In this document: in pieces, positions 42,996 to 57,210 of the stretch | Numbering within the stretch: position 1 is the stretch's first letter | How the letters are laid out: each line of letters opens with the position of its first letter | NCBI RefSeq assembly: GCF_009914755.1 | Contig: NC_060927.1 | Direction: 5' to 3' (one strand) | Origin: the human T2T-CHM13v2.0 reference genome, Homo sapiens | Length of the DNA: 64,000 nt | Notes under the pieces: generated by a model | The model's database searches: none | Seen by the model: only the letters and a program-made list of their open reading frames with translations | Told to the model about the DNA's origin: nothing | Translations under genes and position numbers: made by a program

Positions 42996-44711
42996 AAATG
43001 AAGTTATTCTTAGTGGAGCCTTAAATGTTTGATTTGAGCATTTAATAAGATGTTCCTCACTATTTTGGCCCATGGTAAACTGCCTTCCAGGACCATCTAA
43101 TAACCCAAAGAGGTAGATGGTGTGTTCTCACTTGTAAACACATGAGGACCCTCAGGTCAGAAGAGGTAGACTGATTTACCTTAGGGTCCCCACACCATAT
43201 GTAGAGTTAGGCTGTGAATCTTGTCTTCTGATTTCCAACCAGTGTTGACTCTTCACAGGGATTATGTATACCTAATTAGAAGTATGTGTGAACTAAAGTT
43301 TGCTCATTAACTTGCTTATTTATTTGCTTTCTCCTGACATAGTTTTCATTTCTAACTAATTTAGAATAGTGGCATGTGGGGGTGGTGACTGCATTAATAG
43401 CAGCAAGAACCAACAGCTGACAGCAAGGGAGGAGTGAAAAGCAACTCAACCAGATAATCATGCCAGTTTAGGACTGCTTAGCAAATAGCCCCACACACCC
43501 ATTAGCTGCAGAGGGTTTCAACTGTAAGAAAGCCCAGAACAATTATATTTGTTGAGCTGACCCCATATTATCAAGAAAAGTTTAAATTATGTTTAGTATA
43601 TTCTACTTATGAAGGCAAAGGGAGTGGTTTATTTTAAGATTTCCATTTGAACATATTTACCATTAAAAAGAAGGCAATGCCATATTATTTGGAAATTTAT
43701 TCAACCAGACTCCCAGGTTCTATACTGCATCGCCATGATTGAGGTTAATAGGCATGGATAGGAGTGAAAGGAGTGGCACATGCAGTTGTTTAGACGAACT
43801 AGAAACTTGATAAGGGAGACAGAGAAGCAGTGTACCTGTTTAAAGTCACAGGCGTTGAAATAGGTCTATTATGGAACCATATGTTAAATTTGTCTTTTAC
43901 ATTTAATTACATAAGACAATGGAAACTTTTCCTTTTTTCCTTTGAAGCAAAAGAGAAAACCAAACATGTTTTATAGGTTTTAAAAATATATTCTATAAAG
44001 GCTTTTTTTGCATTTACATTTTAGAGAGGATTGTGTCAAGGTTTTTGTCTGTCTGCAAATGTGTAATGAACAATATTGTCAATTTAATACAAAACAAGCA
44101 AGTAGCTGAATATACCTGAACTGTGATGTGGAAAAATCAAATAGGTGGATCTAAAAGTATATAAAAATTGAGGATGAGGGAAATGTTTTTTCAGTAGCTT
44201 TTTTCCTCAGTTAAAAATTAGAAAATGACTTGTAAAAATTATAATGTATAACATTTTAACATCATTTCAAGCACTGAAGAAATGAAATATTCACAGTTTA
44301 AGGCATCTATTCACTTTCTACTGAGAGAGAAAATAGATAGGTTTTAATGTTTGTGAAAAAAGTTTTGGATATGGAATAGATGTGTAAAATTTTATTCTGA
44401 AGGAATTATTTCTTTCTTACCTACCATGAGAAAGTAGTAGGGGGAGGCCCCTACCTTTGAGACCGTGGAACTGTTTATTGGCCTAAACATACATTATGTT
44501 GTGCTTATTGATAAAAGGAGAGACAGAAAAAACATTATCTTTCTGCACGTTTAGTATTTCCAAAATTACATGCCCACATCATTTTTTTCTATAGTTCCTT
44601 TTGTATATTTTTTCCAATAATGCTTATATTTGAGCCATTGTGAAAATCCATTTGTATAACAACCTGGCCTTTGCTTTGGACTTCATTCCTTGTGTTTCAG
44701 GTGAGCCAGCC

Positions 44712-44800
44712 ATGAGAGGGTATCTTGTGGCCATATTCCTGAGTGCTGTCTTCCTCTATTATGTACTGCATTGCATATTATGGGGAACGAATGTCTATTG
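44712..44800 (+). CDS. ST3GAL6: ST3GAL6 first coding exon (exon spans 44701-44800): [29 protein letters not shown](W), short cytoplasmic tail plus type II TM anchor
   Basis: Polypyrimidine acceptor ttccttgtgtttcag ends at 44700; gccATG at 44712; donor TG|gtaagt at 44801; translation matches the remembered human ST3GAL6 N-terminus; 89 coding nt, ends phase 2. Confidence 0.97.
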
Positions 44801-47147
44801 GTAAGTTTCATTTTGTTATTTAAAAATAACTCTCAACCTAGTCTTTCACACAAATCCACAAATTATAGTAGAGGGTCCTATGAAAAAAACTTGTACCATT
44901 TTGAATATTTTCTTGCTTTCCATTGTAAATTGGGGTTTTACCATTCCAGTATCCTATAGATTGTATCTCGAACAATTTAAAAGTTGACAAGCAACACCTA
45001 CTTTCTATTGACTTCCCAGGGAAGCCATGGTGTTAACCATCTTTGGGTTATAACATTCTTTCTTTATGCTATAGATCATCTCCTTGAGTTAATGGCGTAA
45101 TTACTGGGCTCAGTGGTACTTTTGGAACCTAAAATGCTTGCTTAAGAGATTATTGATAAAATACAGATATTACATATGGTTTCCTTTGTTTAAATATATT
45201 TGGTGAACGATGATATATGTATCTTCTGAAATAGCTTTGACTTGAAATACCACATATAAAACTTTGAAGAGGCACAGATAGTTTTACTGAAGAGAAAGCC
45301 TCTGTAATAGGGATTTTAACCTTCTCATTGTCAGTCCTTTGGCTAGGAAAAAAGTTTTGATGACCTTTAAATCCCAAGCGGGTGGCAGTACATAATTATG
45401 CTAAAATAAATCACATAACTTCCTGTCTTAGACAAAGAGTCAGTATTTTTTGCCAGTGTTTCATAGTACATCTTAGATCATGTTTCTAACTTGTGCTTAC
45501 TTGATGAAAAAAAGCTGATGCTTCTGCATTTGATTTCATTACTGGTTGATTGAAAAATAATTGTAATGCTTTTCATGGAAGGACGTTAGGCAAATGGCCA
45601 CTGGAAAAAACCCAATGCCAGGTGGATAGTTTTGGCCCTAAAGTTTTAGGCTTTGGACCCAAATATCGGGCTAGAGAATTTTGAAGTCTGATTATGTACT
45701 AAATGAGGACTACATCAAGGGGATCTATCCCTACATCTTTGCCACATTCTCTGTCCTACCCTTAGTAGTAGAAGACAAAAATAGAAGAGAAAGCAAAAAG
45801 CTTACTAGATTGCTACTTTCCTACAAATCCTATTGTTGGTCACAGGGAAAATGATAAAGAAGGTGATGAAAAGGATCTAAATCAGCAGTCTTTTGTCATC
45901 AGGGTTGAAGTGACCATGTCACTCCTCAGCTAACACATTACTATAGTCACAGCAAGTACCTTGGGATATTAGCTCAGACAGTTGTTTGTGCAATGAACTT
46001 GCTTCCTTAAAAATGATTTAAGACATATAATTGTGTTTTTCTTTTAAAAAGTCACCCAAAGGTTGTCTTCACAATATCCTAAAACTTTTCTATGTTTTAA
46101 TGACTTTAGAAATCAAATAATATCTTCATGTTATCCTCCAAATATAATTGAGATTTTTTGGTCTAGTGTGCTGGTCCACCATATTTATGTATCTTCCTTA
46201 TGTATAAATCAAGGAGTCCTTGCCATTGTGGTATTCACAAAAGATGTTTTCCTGCGTAAGGAGTTTACTAGCCTCACAGTTCAGAAACCTAGCAATTCTA
46301 ACTATGGGGATTTTGTACCCACAAAAATGGAAAATTGTGTCTGTCCATGAAGGGTTTAGGGTATTTCCTTCATTTTGAATTCTGCTGATTATAGAAGAAA
46401 ATTGATTAGTTTTTAAATATGAATTCTTCACATAATTGATGATCATTAATAAGTTTTTGTATTAAGCTGTTTTCCTCTTTCCCAGCTAAGTCTGGATCCT
46501 GCCATCCACCACCCCTTTCATTTATTTTCCTTGTTGTGCTCTGTCATGTTTCACAATACCCTTTTAAATTGTGGAGACAAGTACTCCATTCAGGAGCACA
46601 CAAGGGCCTAACTTATGCCAAGAATAGAGAAGAGTTAGAAATGACTCTCAATAGTGTGATTTGTAGAGTCCCCCGGATCCCAAGGCAAGGGTCTATGGAA
46701 CCTGTTCAGGTCAGGTGTTTCTGTGGTGTTCGCTGCCGGTGTGCGTCAGCAGATGTGGCAGGAGGAGGTAAATAGCCACGTGCCCTTGGGGTGAGTTTCG
46801 GTTTCTCCAGCTTTCAGGGACTTCTAAAAAGTGAGCCTGGTTGCAGCTTCTACAATGCAGTAATCCTGGCCCTTCTCTGAAGGTCCTTTGAATCATTGCT
46901 CTTGGAATCACTTCTGGGTTGCTCATCACCTCAGCTTTTCCACCCTCCCTTTCCTTACATCCATGAATCTCAGGTGTGTGTAGGGCTTGGAGAAGGTACT
47001 GGCAGACCTCAAGAGGTGCAGGGAGTATTTTTGTTTGCTGCCACAGAACCTCTCAGTGGTGGCATGAATGAGTTCCCAGGGCATTTGCTTCCCTTTGGGC
47101 AGGGTGCCCGGTTCTGGTTTCTGACTGACATTATTTTTGTCTCATAG

Positions 47148-47225
47148 GGTGGCACCTGTGGAAATGAAACGGAGAAATAAGATCCAGCCTTGTTTATCAA
47201 AGCCAGCTTTTGCCTCTCTGCTGAG
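47148..47225 (+). CDS. ST3GAL6: ST3GAL6 coding exon: (W)[25 protein letters not shown](R), stem region
   Basis: Acceptor tttttgtctcatag|G, donor AG|gtaaaa; 78 nt, phase 2-2; keeps frame with the neighbouring exons. Confidence 0.96.
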
Positions 47226-49082
47226 GTAAAAATATACCAGAAAAACCTGTGGCATACAAAATATTCTAAATGTGCTTGTAATCATTTTCCACACTTGTTT
47301 ATTTTTTTAATGCAAATCTTAGCAGTATAAAGTGGACACGCCATATTTAAGGAAGAGCTTGAATATCCTGTCTCTTTTTGTGCTTTTAGTCAGAGCTCTG
47401 CATATATTTTAAGAAAAGGCATTGAGGAACTCAATCAAACCAGTATTCTTTTCACACAGGTGAGGCTAGAGAGGTCTATTTGTGTTTGATTATAAAAAAG
47501 CGAATTGTTCTTTAGGGTTTTATTTTTCCCCCTTGTTGCTCTCATGTTATTTTCCACCCTTATTAATTTGTGGCTTCTCCTTCCTTGCCTCTAGGTTAAA
47601 CTTTTTGAGTAGAAATTTTCCCTTTTATTAACTTTTAATGAACTACATAGAATGCAAATAATGATTAATCTACATAAAATGTCAATGATTGTTGATTGTG
47701 GCTCTTGGGCTTTGTAAAGAATTTACTCTTCTATTCACATATGTACTTTTCCTCCATCACTTTGACTTTGACAGATTGCTGGTCAAAATGCTCTAGATAA
47801 CAAGAAATAAAAATCTGTTCAAGGCATGTTTAATTGGGTAAAACAGGCACAATCTGTTCAGCATTTTTTCTATGAAGCATTAAAAATTCATTTTTTTTCC
47901 TATTGTCTTTTATTACTGCACCTTGTTATTACTGTTTTTTAACTCTTTGGGGCTACAGATCCCTTTACAATCAATCAACTCTCTGGAAAACTGCAAATAC
48001 ATAAGACTTTTTCGTATATGATTCCAAGTGTGCTATGGCTGCCTGTAGCCTTTCCAGGGGTGTGCGTCCAGTGAGGACCACTGCAAAACTGGAATAGTGT
48101 TTTAAACTTTTTTGAACATGACTCAGGAAGAAATACATTTTACTTGGGATCTAGTGCAAACACATATTTATATAATAAGAAAAAAAAAGAATTTTTACCT
48201 TTACTACTCCAGATGTACTGTGTTCTGTTCCATTCACTTTTTAAAAAGATGCCGATCGTGACTCACAAAATTGATTTTCTGAGCCACATACGGGTTGCAG
48301 ACCACAGGTTAAAATGCTACTCTAGAATTAAGGTACTCCATAACTTTAGTGAAAAAAGATATCCTTTCCTTTCTGAGAAAACCCAAAAGGGTTAAAGTAT
48401 TTATGCAAGATTATTCAGCAAGTATGTAAGTCTACAGTGTAAGCGACAGGTAGATTTATGTTTATCATGTGGACAGTATTCTCTGAGGGCAGTCCCCTAG
48501 AGTGTACTTGAGGCCACTTTCTCAGAAACAGAAAAGCCAGCAGCAATTTGGAGAAGCTCTTCTGGGAAACCTGGAGCTTTTATCTTCAGTGTTATAAAGA
48601 GAACATCTTTCCTTATAATTAGGCTTGGGTGTGGATTTCAGCTGTCATTTATGGGATAATGACCCCAGACTTGTCATAGCTGATACAACTTCACATATAT
48701 GGTACTTTTAAATTTAGAAATAGCTTAGCATCAGCACTTTTATAATATTACTTTGTTTTTTCCTATATATGGCTATTATTTTATCACTTGCTCTTCGTTT
48801 GTTTTTAAGTTTTGTTTTTACTTCCTGAGTTGTAACATAATTTTCATCTTAGTGGCTGCAAAGTGTTTTCATTTCAGTTGTGTAGTTCCATTAAGTACCC
48901 CATTCTATGCAATATTTCAGCACGGTTTAAAGTTATTTTTAAAAATTAAAAAAAATTATACATTTTTGTATAGCCAGTATAATGATATGGATTATATGCT
49001 GTAGTTACTTTTAGTTTTGATTTTAAAAGCTTGCAAATATAGTATGTATTTGGCAAAATCATTCTTTATCCTTTCCTTCCAG

Positions 49083-49186
49083 GTTTCATCAGTTTCACCC
49101 TTTTCTGTGTGCGGCTGATTTTAGAAAGATTGCTTCCTTGTATGGTAGCGATAAGTTTGATTTGCCCTATGGGATGAGAACATCAG
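49083..49186 (+). CDS. ST3GAL6: ST3GAL6 coding exon: (R)[34 protein letters not shown](A)
   Basis: Acceptor ctttccttccag|G, donor G|gtcagt; 104 nt; contains the LPYG segment typical of ST3Gal3/4/6 enzymes. Confidence 0.96.
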
Positions 49187-50191
49187 GTCAGTAGTAGTAT
49201 TCTTACCTGGTTCTGTTAAATTTGAGTGGTGTTTGATGAGAATGGCATGTTAATATAATTTTAAGGGCTTTTATTCTTTCTGCTTCCTAATGATTTCCAA
49301 TGGATATGATTTTGGGATGGAATGAAATGAATTACATTTTAAAATATAAATTATCACTCCTTTTGAGGCAGTATAGAACCAAAGGATAACAGGGGTAGAT
49401 TTGTTGTTGTTGAGAAACTACTTTTTACATTTGCTCTGCCGCCATGTGATCCATGTAAGTTCTGGTGCCTTACTTTATTCTAATTTAGAATTAGCAGGAA
49501 AACCTGAGGGTTAGCTTCCTTCCTAGCTTCCCATGGCTTCTTTTTACCTGTGAGTTTTATCTCATCAGCGATTCTTATCTCCTTAAGCAGTCTTTTAATT
49601 TAACCAGTGGATATTTTATTTTTGTTAAGTTTAGAGATAATTATTCCATCTTCTAATGATAAAACACTTTCCCTTCTGCTTGTTGATAAGTGATTGGCCC
49701 TATATAGCATTAAGTTCTAGATTTTTGAGGGATCATAAAAGCCCAAGGTGACAAGCCTTCAACATTGTGAGTCATATTTTGCTTATTCAACTGATCCTGT
49801 GAGGGCGGGGGTTGTATTTTTTTGTTTTATTTTTTATTTTAAAACTATTTTGCAGAGAATTTGAGAATTTAATTGGGTTAAACTTACTATTTCTATTCTA
49901 ACATCAATTTCAGAATCATGTGCTATTTTAAAATTATATGATTGTTTTTCAGATTAAATGTGTTGTTTTTTGGGGAGGTTTTGGAAAGTGTCTTTAGAGC
50001 ATTTACGATTTTGAATGGGCCTGCTGAAGTAGTGCTGGCTAATTGCAGTTGTATCATTAATTTTTCACAGAATAAATCAATGTGGCCATGCTGGTTGGAA
50101 ATGGGTTTGTGTGGGAGGGAGTAAGGTGGTTTACTAAGTACTAAAAAGACATGATTATCCTTTTATTCATAACACTCCATTTGTTTTCTAG

Positions 50192-50255
50192 CGGAATATT
50201 TTCGACTTGCTCTTTCAAAACTGCAGAGTTGTGATCTCTTTGATGAGTTTGACAA
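50192..50255 (+). CDS. ST3GAL6: ST3GAL6 coding exon: (A)EYFRLALSKLQSCDLFDEFD(N)
   Basis: Acceptor ttgttttctag|CG, donor AA|gtgagt; 64 nt; frame consistent. Confidence 0.95.
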
Positions 50256-51452
50256 GTGAGTTTATTTCCTTGCTTCTAGTCTGGCTTTTAGCTTCAGCTA
50301 AGCTGGTTCAAAATATGTACCCCAAGAAATGTAAGATGTATTTACTCAGGAAAATTTCATAGCGTTTGTGCATAACCAAAATTTCTAGTAGTAATTTGAC
50401 ACTTAAATACCTATAAAATTAATTTAGACGCTGCATAACTGGTTGGCTCAAAAGTTTGCAGAATCTTGATGATGATCAACACTGGTCCCAAATCAGGACA
50501 TTTTTAACCTACATTCATTTTTTTCTAAGTTGTTCCTACTTAAGAATTAGTTCACCCCCTGCTAATCAGCTCATGGCTTCCCTTTATAGGCTGTTTCCCA
50601 TACTTTTCCATGCATCCTCCAAACTACTGATGAGATTCTTTCTGTCTCACTTGTTAAGGAGATTATTAGATTTTGGAAGCAGCTCTCTTCTTTTTTAATC
50701 AGAATTACATTTGAAGGACAAATATACTTGCTTTGATGTTTTCTGACTACAAAAGTAATTTAGTTTTTAGACAATTTTGTCATTAAATAACCCCATATAA
50801 ATTGAATTGCCAAAAATAGACTTCTTCACTGTTGGGCTTATTTTACAGAGGTAGGTTTATTTCACAAAGTTTCAAGCCACACTTTAGAATTTGGCCAGGG
50901 TGCCAGTGTGATAATATGGGTAGTCTACAGATGTAAGGCCTCCATTAAAAAGGAAAATGGCAGAACTTACCCTCTTGCCCAAGAGAATAGGAGTGCTATT
51001 TTTTGGGTGCAGAGAGTGGGGGTAGTGGATAGAGGTCTGAAAGTGTAGACAGAGTTTGCCATAAGAGCAGCATTAGATTTTGTCCAGGTTTATCTCATTT
51101 TTCTCTGTTGGAGACCAAGATGCTTGACGTGAAGTGTGTATTTGTGTAATGTGTATTGGTTCATTTCAGTTTTTTATAACTTCAAACTATGCCGTCAACC
51201 TAATCAATTTTAATTTTGATTGCATATCAATAGCAACCATAAATTTTTTCAACCCCCAAATTTATGTAGCTCTGATTTGTAGAATATTGTTTTTTGCAGA
51301 CCTTTCACATATGTGCTTTATGTTGATTCTCTCTAATTCTGTAAGTTTCTGGAGAAACTGAGGCTAGGCACACAGTTTGTTACACTTGGTAAATGCCAGA
51401 CCCAGGATGTGAACCTAGATAGTTCAACTCCAGTGCCTGGATGTCTGAGTTA

Positions 51453-51860
<408 letters not shown>

Positions 51861-54800
51861 CTAGAAGTTTTGTTCTTGACTAATTTTTATCTAAGAACTA
51901 GACTGTGCTTTATTTAGTTGCTTTCATAACCCCTTGTCCCACAGGTGTTCATCTGTTTGTGTATGCCTCCATCAGGCTAATTTTTCTCTTCTTGCTGCCT
52001 TGGTCTTGCTGTTTCCTGCCCCTTTCCTCCTGTCACCAGAATCTCCCCACTCCCCACCATCATGCTAAGTTCATTTCTTAGCATTACGTTTCTTGGGAGA
52101 GAAGTAGAGTGTAGCTGGTGAGGAGGGATTGAAAATCATGCTGACTGCAGGAGTCCTTTAGTCTGAAGTTGCCAAGAGTCTGAAGTGAAGTAAATGTATA
52201 GTCAGAGACTCTAGATAAAGAGTGAATGGCAAATAACCCTGTAGGATCCCCACAGAGGGAGCACAGTGACACATGTTTTGTAACATCACAGATGTTCAGT
52301 TAGCATTGCTGAGTTGTGTGTTCGACCTGGGCAAACCTTATCGAGTATTTCAAAAATAGATAAGAATATATTTATGACACTATTATCTTCTATTTGCATA
52401 GCACTTTTCAGAGGGGTTCACATGTAGTATTAAATTTTGCCTATATTTTAAGTGAGTCATTCTACCTTTATCATGTGCCCAATGTACAACACATAGGAAA
52501 AAACCAACCAGGCTGTGCCTGAGCAATACATTTTTAGTAAACTCCAGAAAGGCAGAATGGACTGAATTGCCTGAATGCTGCCTCTGAGTCAACTTAGTTC
52601 CTCAAGTGACCTTATGTAGTTCTCATTTCTCTTCTCAGCCTGGGAATAAAGCTCTAGAAGAAAGATGTCTGAGAACAGTCTTTCTTTCTCAGGCAGAGAA
52701 TTTAGACTGCCTTTGGCAGGAGAGTCCTCCCTGAGCCCCTGGCTTGTGAATTTGTGAGCTGGGCCCACACGTCCAAGGAGGAAGGTATTGATATTTAGGC
52801 TGGCTTGTCCTTCATCATGGGTCTGTAGGTCAGAGAGGAGGAGCTGAGGTAGAAGGGATTACTTTCAAGTTACTTTCCTCCTTTTTCTGCTTTCTTTACT
52901 GATATTTATATAATTGCTGGCCTTGCTCTCTGCTCATTTTTTCCTACCTGTGCTCTAGAAGGTGCTCGACGTAGTTTGAGTTATAACAGCTAAGCACATT
53001 ATTTTCCTTGCTTTTTATTCTCCTTCCATCCTCTTTGTCCCTTCTAGAAAGGGTCAGATGTTGTTGGTGCTGTTGTTTCAAATCTGAATCCTTTAAGATT
53101 CTACCAGATATAAGTTGTAGTTTTGTCAGATATCTCGTCCAGCATGTATGATGCCCTCAGTTGGGATAGATTCCACTGTGAATGGGAAAACTCAAAATAT
53201 CAGTTGTGATTGTAAGAAGGAAGTTCTCCATTTGTCCAGTTTTCATGTAAATGAACTCTGCAGGTAAACTTGCCAGGGCTGGTTCTGTGAGCATCAGGGA
53301 CCAAGGCTGCTTCTCTATCTTGACGCCACCATTCCTAAATATACAACTTGTTCCTTCTGGTCTGGTATGATGGCTGGAGTTCCACCGATCACGCCTACCT
53401 CCCTGCCAGCCAGGAGGAGGAAAGGGCGAAGGGCATACCCCAACCCTTTAAGACATGCCTTCTTCTTAAGGGCATCTCCCAGAAATCCCATATAACACTT
53501 CCTTACCTCCAATGATGTGCTGGAACCAGTTGGTACCAACTTGTGAGAGCTGTATCTCTTTGTATTCAGCTCCATATTTAGTGCCATCAAGGTGAAAGCT
53601 TGAAATGGCCAAGGTGAGAGTATTCGTACCATGGGAATTGGCAAACATTACAAATCAGGGCTTTGCCCATTCATACTCCTCCCCCTCCCCCAGAACTGAT
53701 TGTTAAACATTGACTAGCAACCACTGTTTGCATCCCATTGGATAGGACTCCATCACAAGGCCACCCCTAGCTGGAATGTGGACCGGAAAATGTAGTTTGT
53801 ATTCCAGGTGACTGTGTGCTCACCTTTAAAAGCAAACATGATTTTAACAGATGAAGGAAACAAGATTATTGGGGAACAAATAGCTGTCTTTACCAATATT
53901 CTGCATCATTTCCCTGGTCCCCATCTGTTTTTATGCCTGGTCACTTTCAGGATTCTGAAGTCAAATATCTGACTCTGCTCTCTAACAACTGAGTTCAGTG
54001 CATCTTTTTTATCTGCTGCTGCTACTGATTTCTCATGGACACAGGCTCTTCTCTTTATTCTCCAAAGCACAGCCAACATAAGGTGACTAAGTTTAACAAA
54101 CTTCACTGAAGACTGAGGATTTTTTAAGAGAATTGCATCACAGAAAAGGAATACTAAAAATATGGCCATATTCCAAGGCCCTAATCCTTCCTGGCTGTCC
54201 ATGTAGCTCCTCAGCACCAGTCTGCCCCCTAGTCCTAAGGATTATTGCTTTCTCCTCAGTGGAAGTACATCCTCACACAGCTAGAAACAGCAGCAACCCT
54301 AAATGATCAAATCTCAGCTCCCACTTAAAATGCACAGACAAGCTCCCCATCCCCAACCACCAACATTCCTTCTGAAAGCATGCCAAGTTTTATGAAGAAT
54401 GCTTTAGTCCTGCAGCACAGGTGGTTATATAGTAACTAGACATAAATATCTTACCTAACTAAAGCACCTGTGTCAAGTCAGTTGCCTGCTAAATGGACAA
54501 GGATTTGTAAAAGCTGCCTGGTTGCTCTCTCAAGCAGCATCCATTATGTCAGCATCAGCAAAGCTGGGTTAGATTGACTACCAGCCAGGCCAGGAGCATG
54601 TCTTTAGAAAACTTAAAAAAGAATTAGACATTAGTGGTGTATTTATTGAAAAAGAGTCCTAACTCTAAACGGAATATCAATATCTGCCTCCCTACTTTAG
54701 ACATTCTGCTGTTTTGCAGAGTTTCTTTACATTGCAGGATTTTTAGCAAGGAGAGCTTGAGGATGAGGGGAAGTTGCGATTCTACATCAACAGAGTGAAT

Positions 54801-55204
54801 CATTTGTGGTGAATATGCAGAAGCAGCCCCTGCCTGCTTTCTAGCATCGGCTGTGGTCAGATGTTGGGTAAAGGTATAGAAGTCTCAGTACTTTTGCCAA
54901 AGGAAATGGTCTCTTCCATCAGAGAGTAACATACAAGACCTAAGTGATTCCCTTACTTCACAAAAGAGCAAACCGAGATCAGAGAGGTCAGATTACTACA
55001 CCAAGGTCCTAAGAGGTGCTAAGCGGAGGAGCCAGAACTAGCAACCAGGTCTCCAACTACAGTTCCTTGTGTAGTTTGAGGATCTCCTGGCTGCAAGTAA
55101 TAGTCTTCACTAGGAGTGATTTAAACTACGTGGACATTTATTATCTCCTGTATTGCGTAGACATGTGGATTCAGGTCTGCATATTTGTGGTTCCAGCTTG
55201 CAGT

Positions 55205-55340
55205 GTGGGGCTGCTTATGGCTGTACAGACTGTGGATTGCACAACTCCAGGGAGTACCGATTCATTCATATAGTTATCTGAATGGTGCTCCCGGACATTG
55301 GACTGTGTACAACTTGCACATATGTTTGGAGTGGCCCTGG
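55205..55340. mobile_element. MER91-like hAT MITE
   Basis: tgcacaactccagggag..ggtgctcccgga..tgtgtacaacttgcaca..ggccctg, imperfect palindrome. Confidence 0.5.
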
Positions 55341-57210
55341 TTGGGGGATTGAGTTAGTGGCTCAGTGATGTCAAGGCTCCAGGGTAGTTTTTCTGTGGCT
55401 GTCTTTTTCTCTGATGTGTAGCTGCTCTAACTTTTTGTTATCACGTGTCAATGTCTAAGCAGAAAGGAAGAAGTGAGTAATGAAGTATCCTGTTCACATG
55501 ATTCTTTTGGCAGCAGCAAAATCTCTTCCAAAAGCATCTAATAGACTTCCCTAATATCTTATTGCCCAGGGATGGGTCACATGGCTATGTCTAGATGAAA
55601 CATTGGCAGAGGCAATGAGCTCACTATTATAGGCTTAGGAAAGCAGGGATCTGCTAGCAAGGCACATGGGGTAATGGGTGTTGGGAATGTGAGTGGTATG
55701 ATTTGCCATAGATTGTTACACTGAAGGTAGAGTCATGTATTTTAATGTACATGATGGTATTGAAGGGAAAATGCATGTCAAAAAGCATTTGTAAAATAAA
55801 ACACATCATAGATCATTTGAAATGGGCAACTCAAGTTTGCTTGCTCTATATTGATTGTGTTTAATGTTTCCCTCTGCATAAGGTAATGACTCTTCCAGCT
55901 TTTGCCTGACTTTATGAGAAACACAGCTTTCACCTGGGGGAAGTGTAATCTCTTACTACCACTGCTTTAGCAGCTTTCCAGATTTCCATTAACAGGTTCC
56001 AAAACAATTATTTTGTTTTCTGGGTAAGCAGTTTAGAGCATACGCATTTTCCTCCGTGTTTCCAGGGTGGTTGGAGGAGTAAAAAGTAATTCCTTCTCCA
56101 AACACAAAGTAGGGAAATAACCTCCATATACTTAATGTAACAACCAAACTGAATTCTAAAATGCACAGCCTGTGAATCAGGAAGTGTTGTAGATGGGAGG
56201 ATACAGAGATATAAATGATACTATTCTTTCCTCTAGGGACTCACAATTTACTGCAGCTATTTCTACATGAAAGTTATGTTAATTAAATATGTGAAGTTTT
56301 ACAGTCACCCAAAGGACACTGAAAGTCATTGTTCCACACATAAAAAGGCAGAGGAAGCCAGAATCACAAGCCAAATGGATGAAGTCAAGGAGAGAATGAA
56401 TCAGTCCTTTCAGAGTATGGGGTACTTGCTAGAGAGTGAGGGAAGCAATGAGTAACGAGGAGTGCGATTCAGACAGCTTATCTGTACCATTCCATACTTC
56501 CCAGAGCCATGGTGGTACTATGAATACTAGCTGTAGATAAAGTGTTATTGCCAAAGAGTAGTCCTAGGGATGCCCTCAAAAGAGTTTCTATGTGATTTTC
56601 AGAAAAATGCGTAAATCTTTGCAATATCCTTTACCAGGAAGAAAAGTGGACTTTCATTGATAAGGTTTCCTTTCAAAAGCATTGGCATGATTTCCTATAG
56701 TAAAGGCCCTTCTCTCTTTCTGTTTTTCCCCTATAAGCTGACAGGAAAAAAAAGTAGAATGAAACTCCTAAAAATATGGTGACGTAGAGCTGCAAAGAAT
56801 CTTTGGAATGGGCGTTCTAAATGAGGCAATGTCTATGTTATTTCTTCCTGTTTTTTAAAAGTCCTTGAACTGCTGGGACCATAAGTAGGAGAGGCTGAGT
56901 ATGAGGAATTGCCCTGCAGAAGAGATCTGCCTGAAACCGTAGACCCCTCTTTTTTCTTGGCTTATAGGGTATGTGGGTGGAGGTCCAGGACCTTGAGTCT
57001 GAGTGATGACCAGTGATAATGGCACATGTATATGACAGATGGTAGCTACTCTTACCATGATACTCTTTGGGCCACGCATTATCTAGGGCTTGATGACCAT
57101 CTGTAACTCAGTGTGATAGAGTGGAAACTTCTGTGAACACTAAGGTCTAAGCTATCAGTTCATTGTTGAGCAATGTTATATAACTGACCACGTCTAAGAC
57201 TGAGCTTAGT

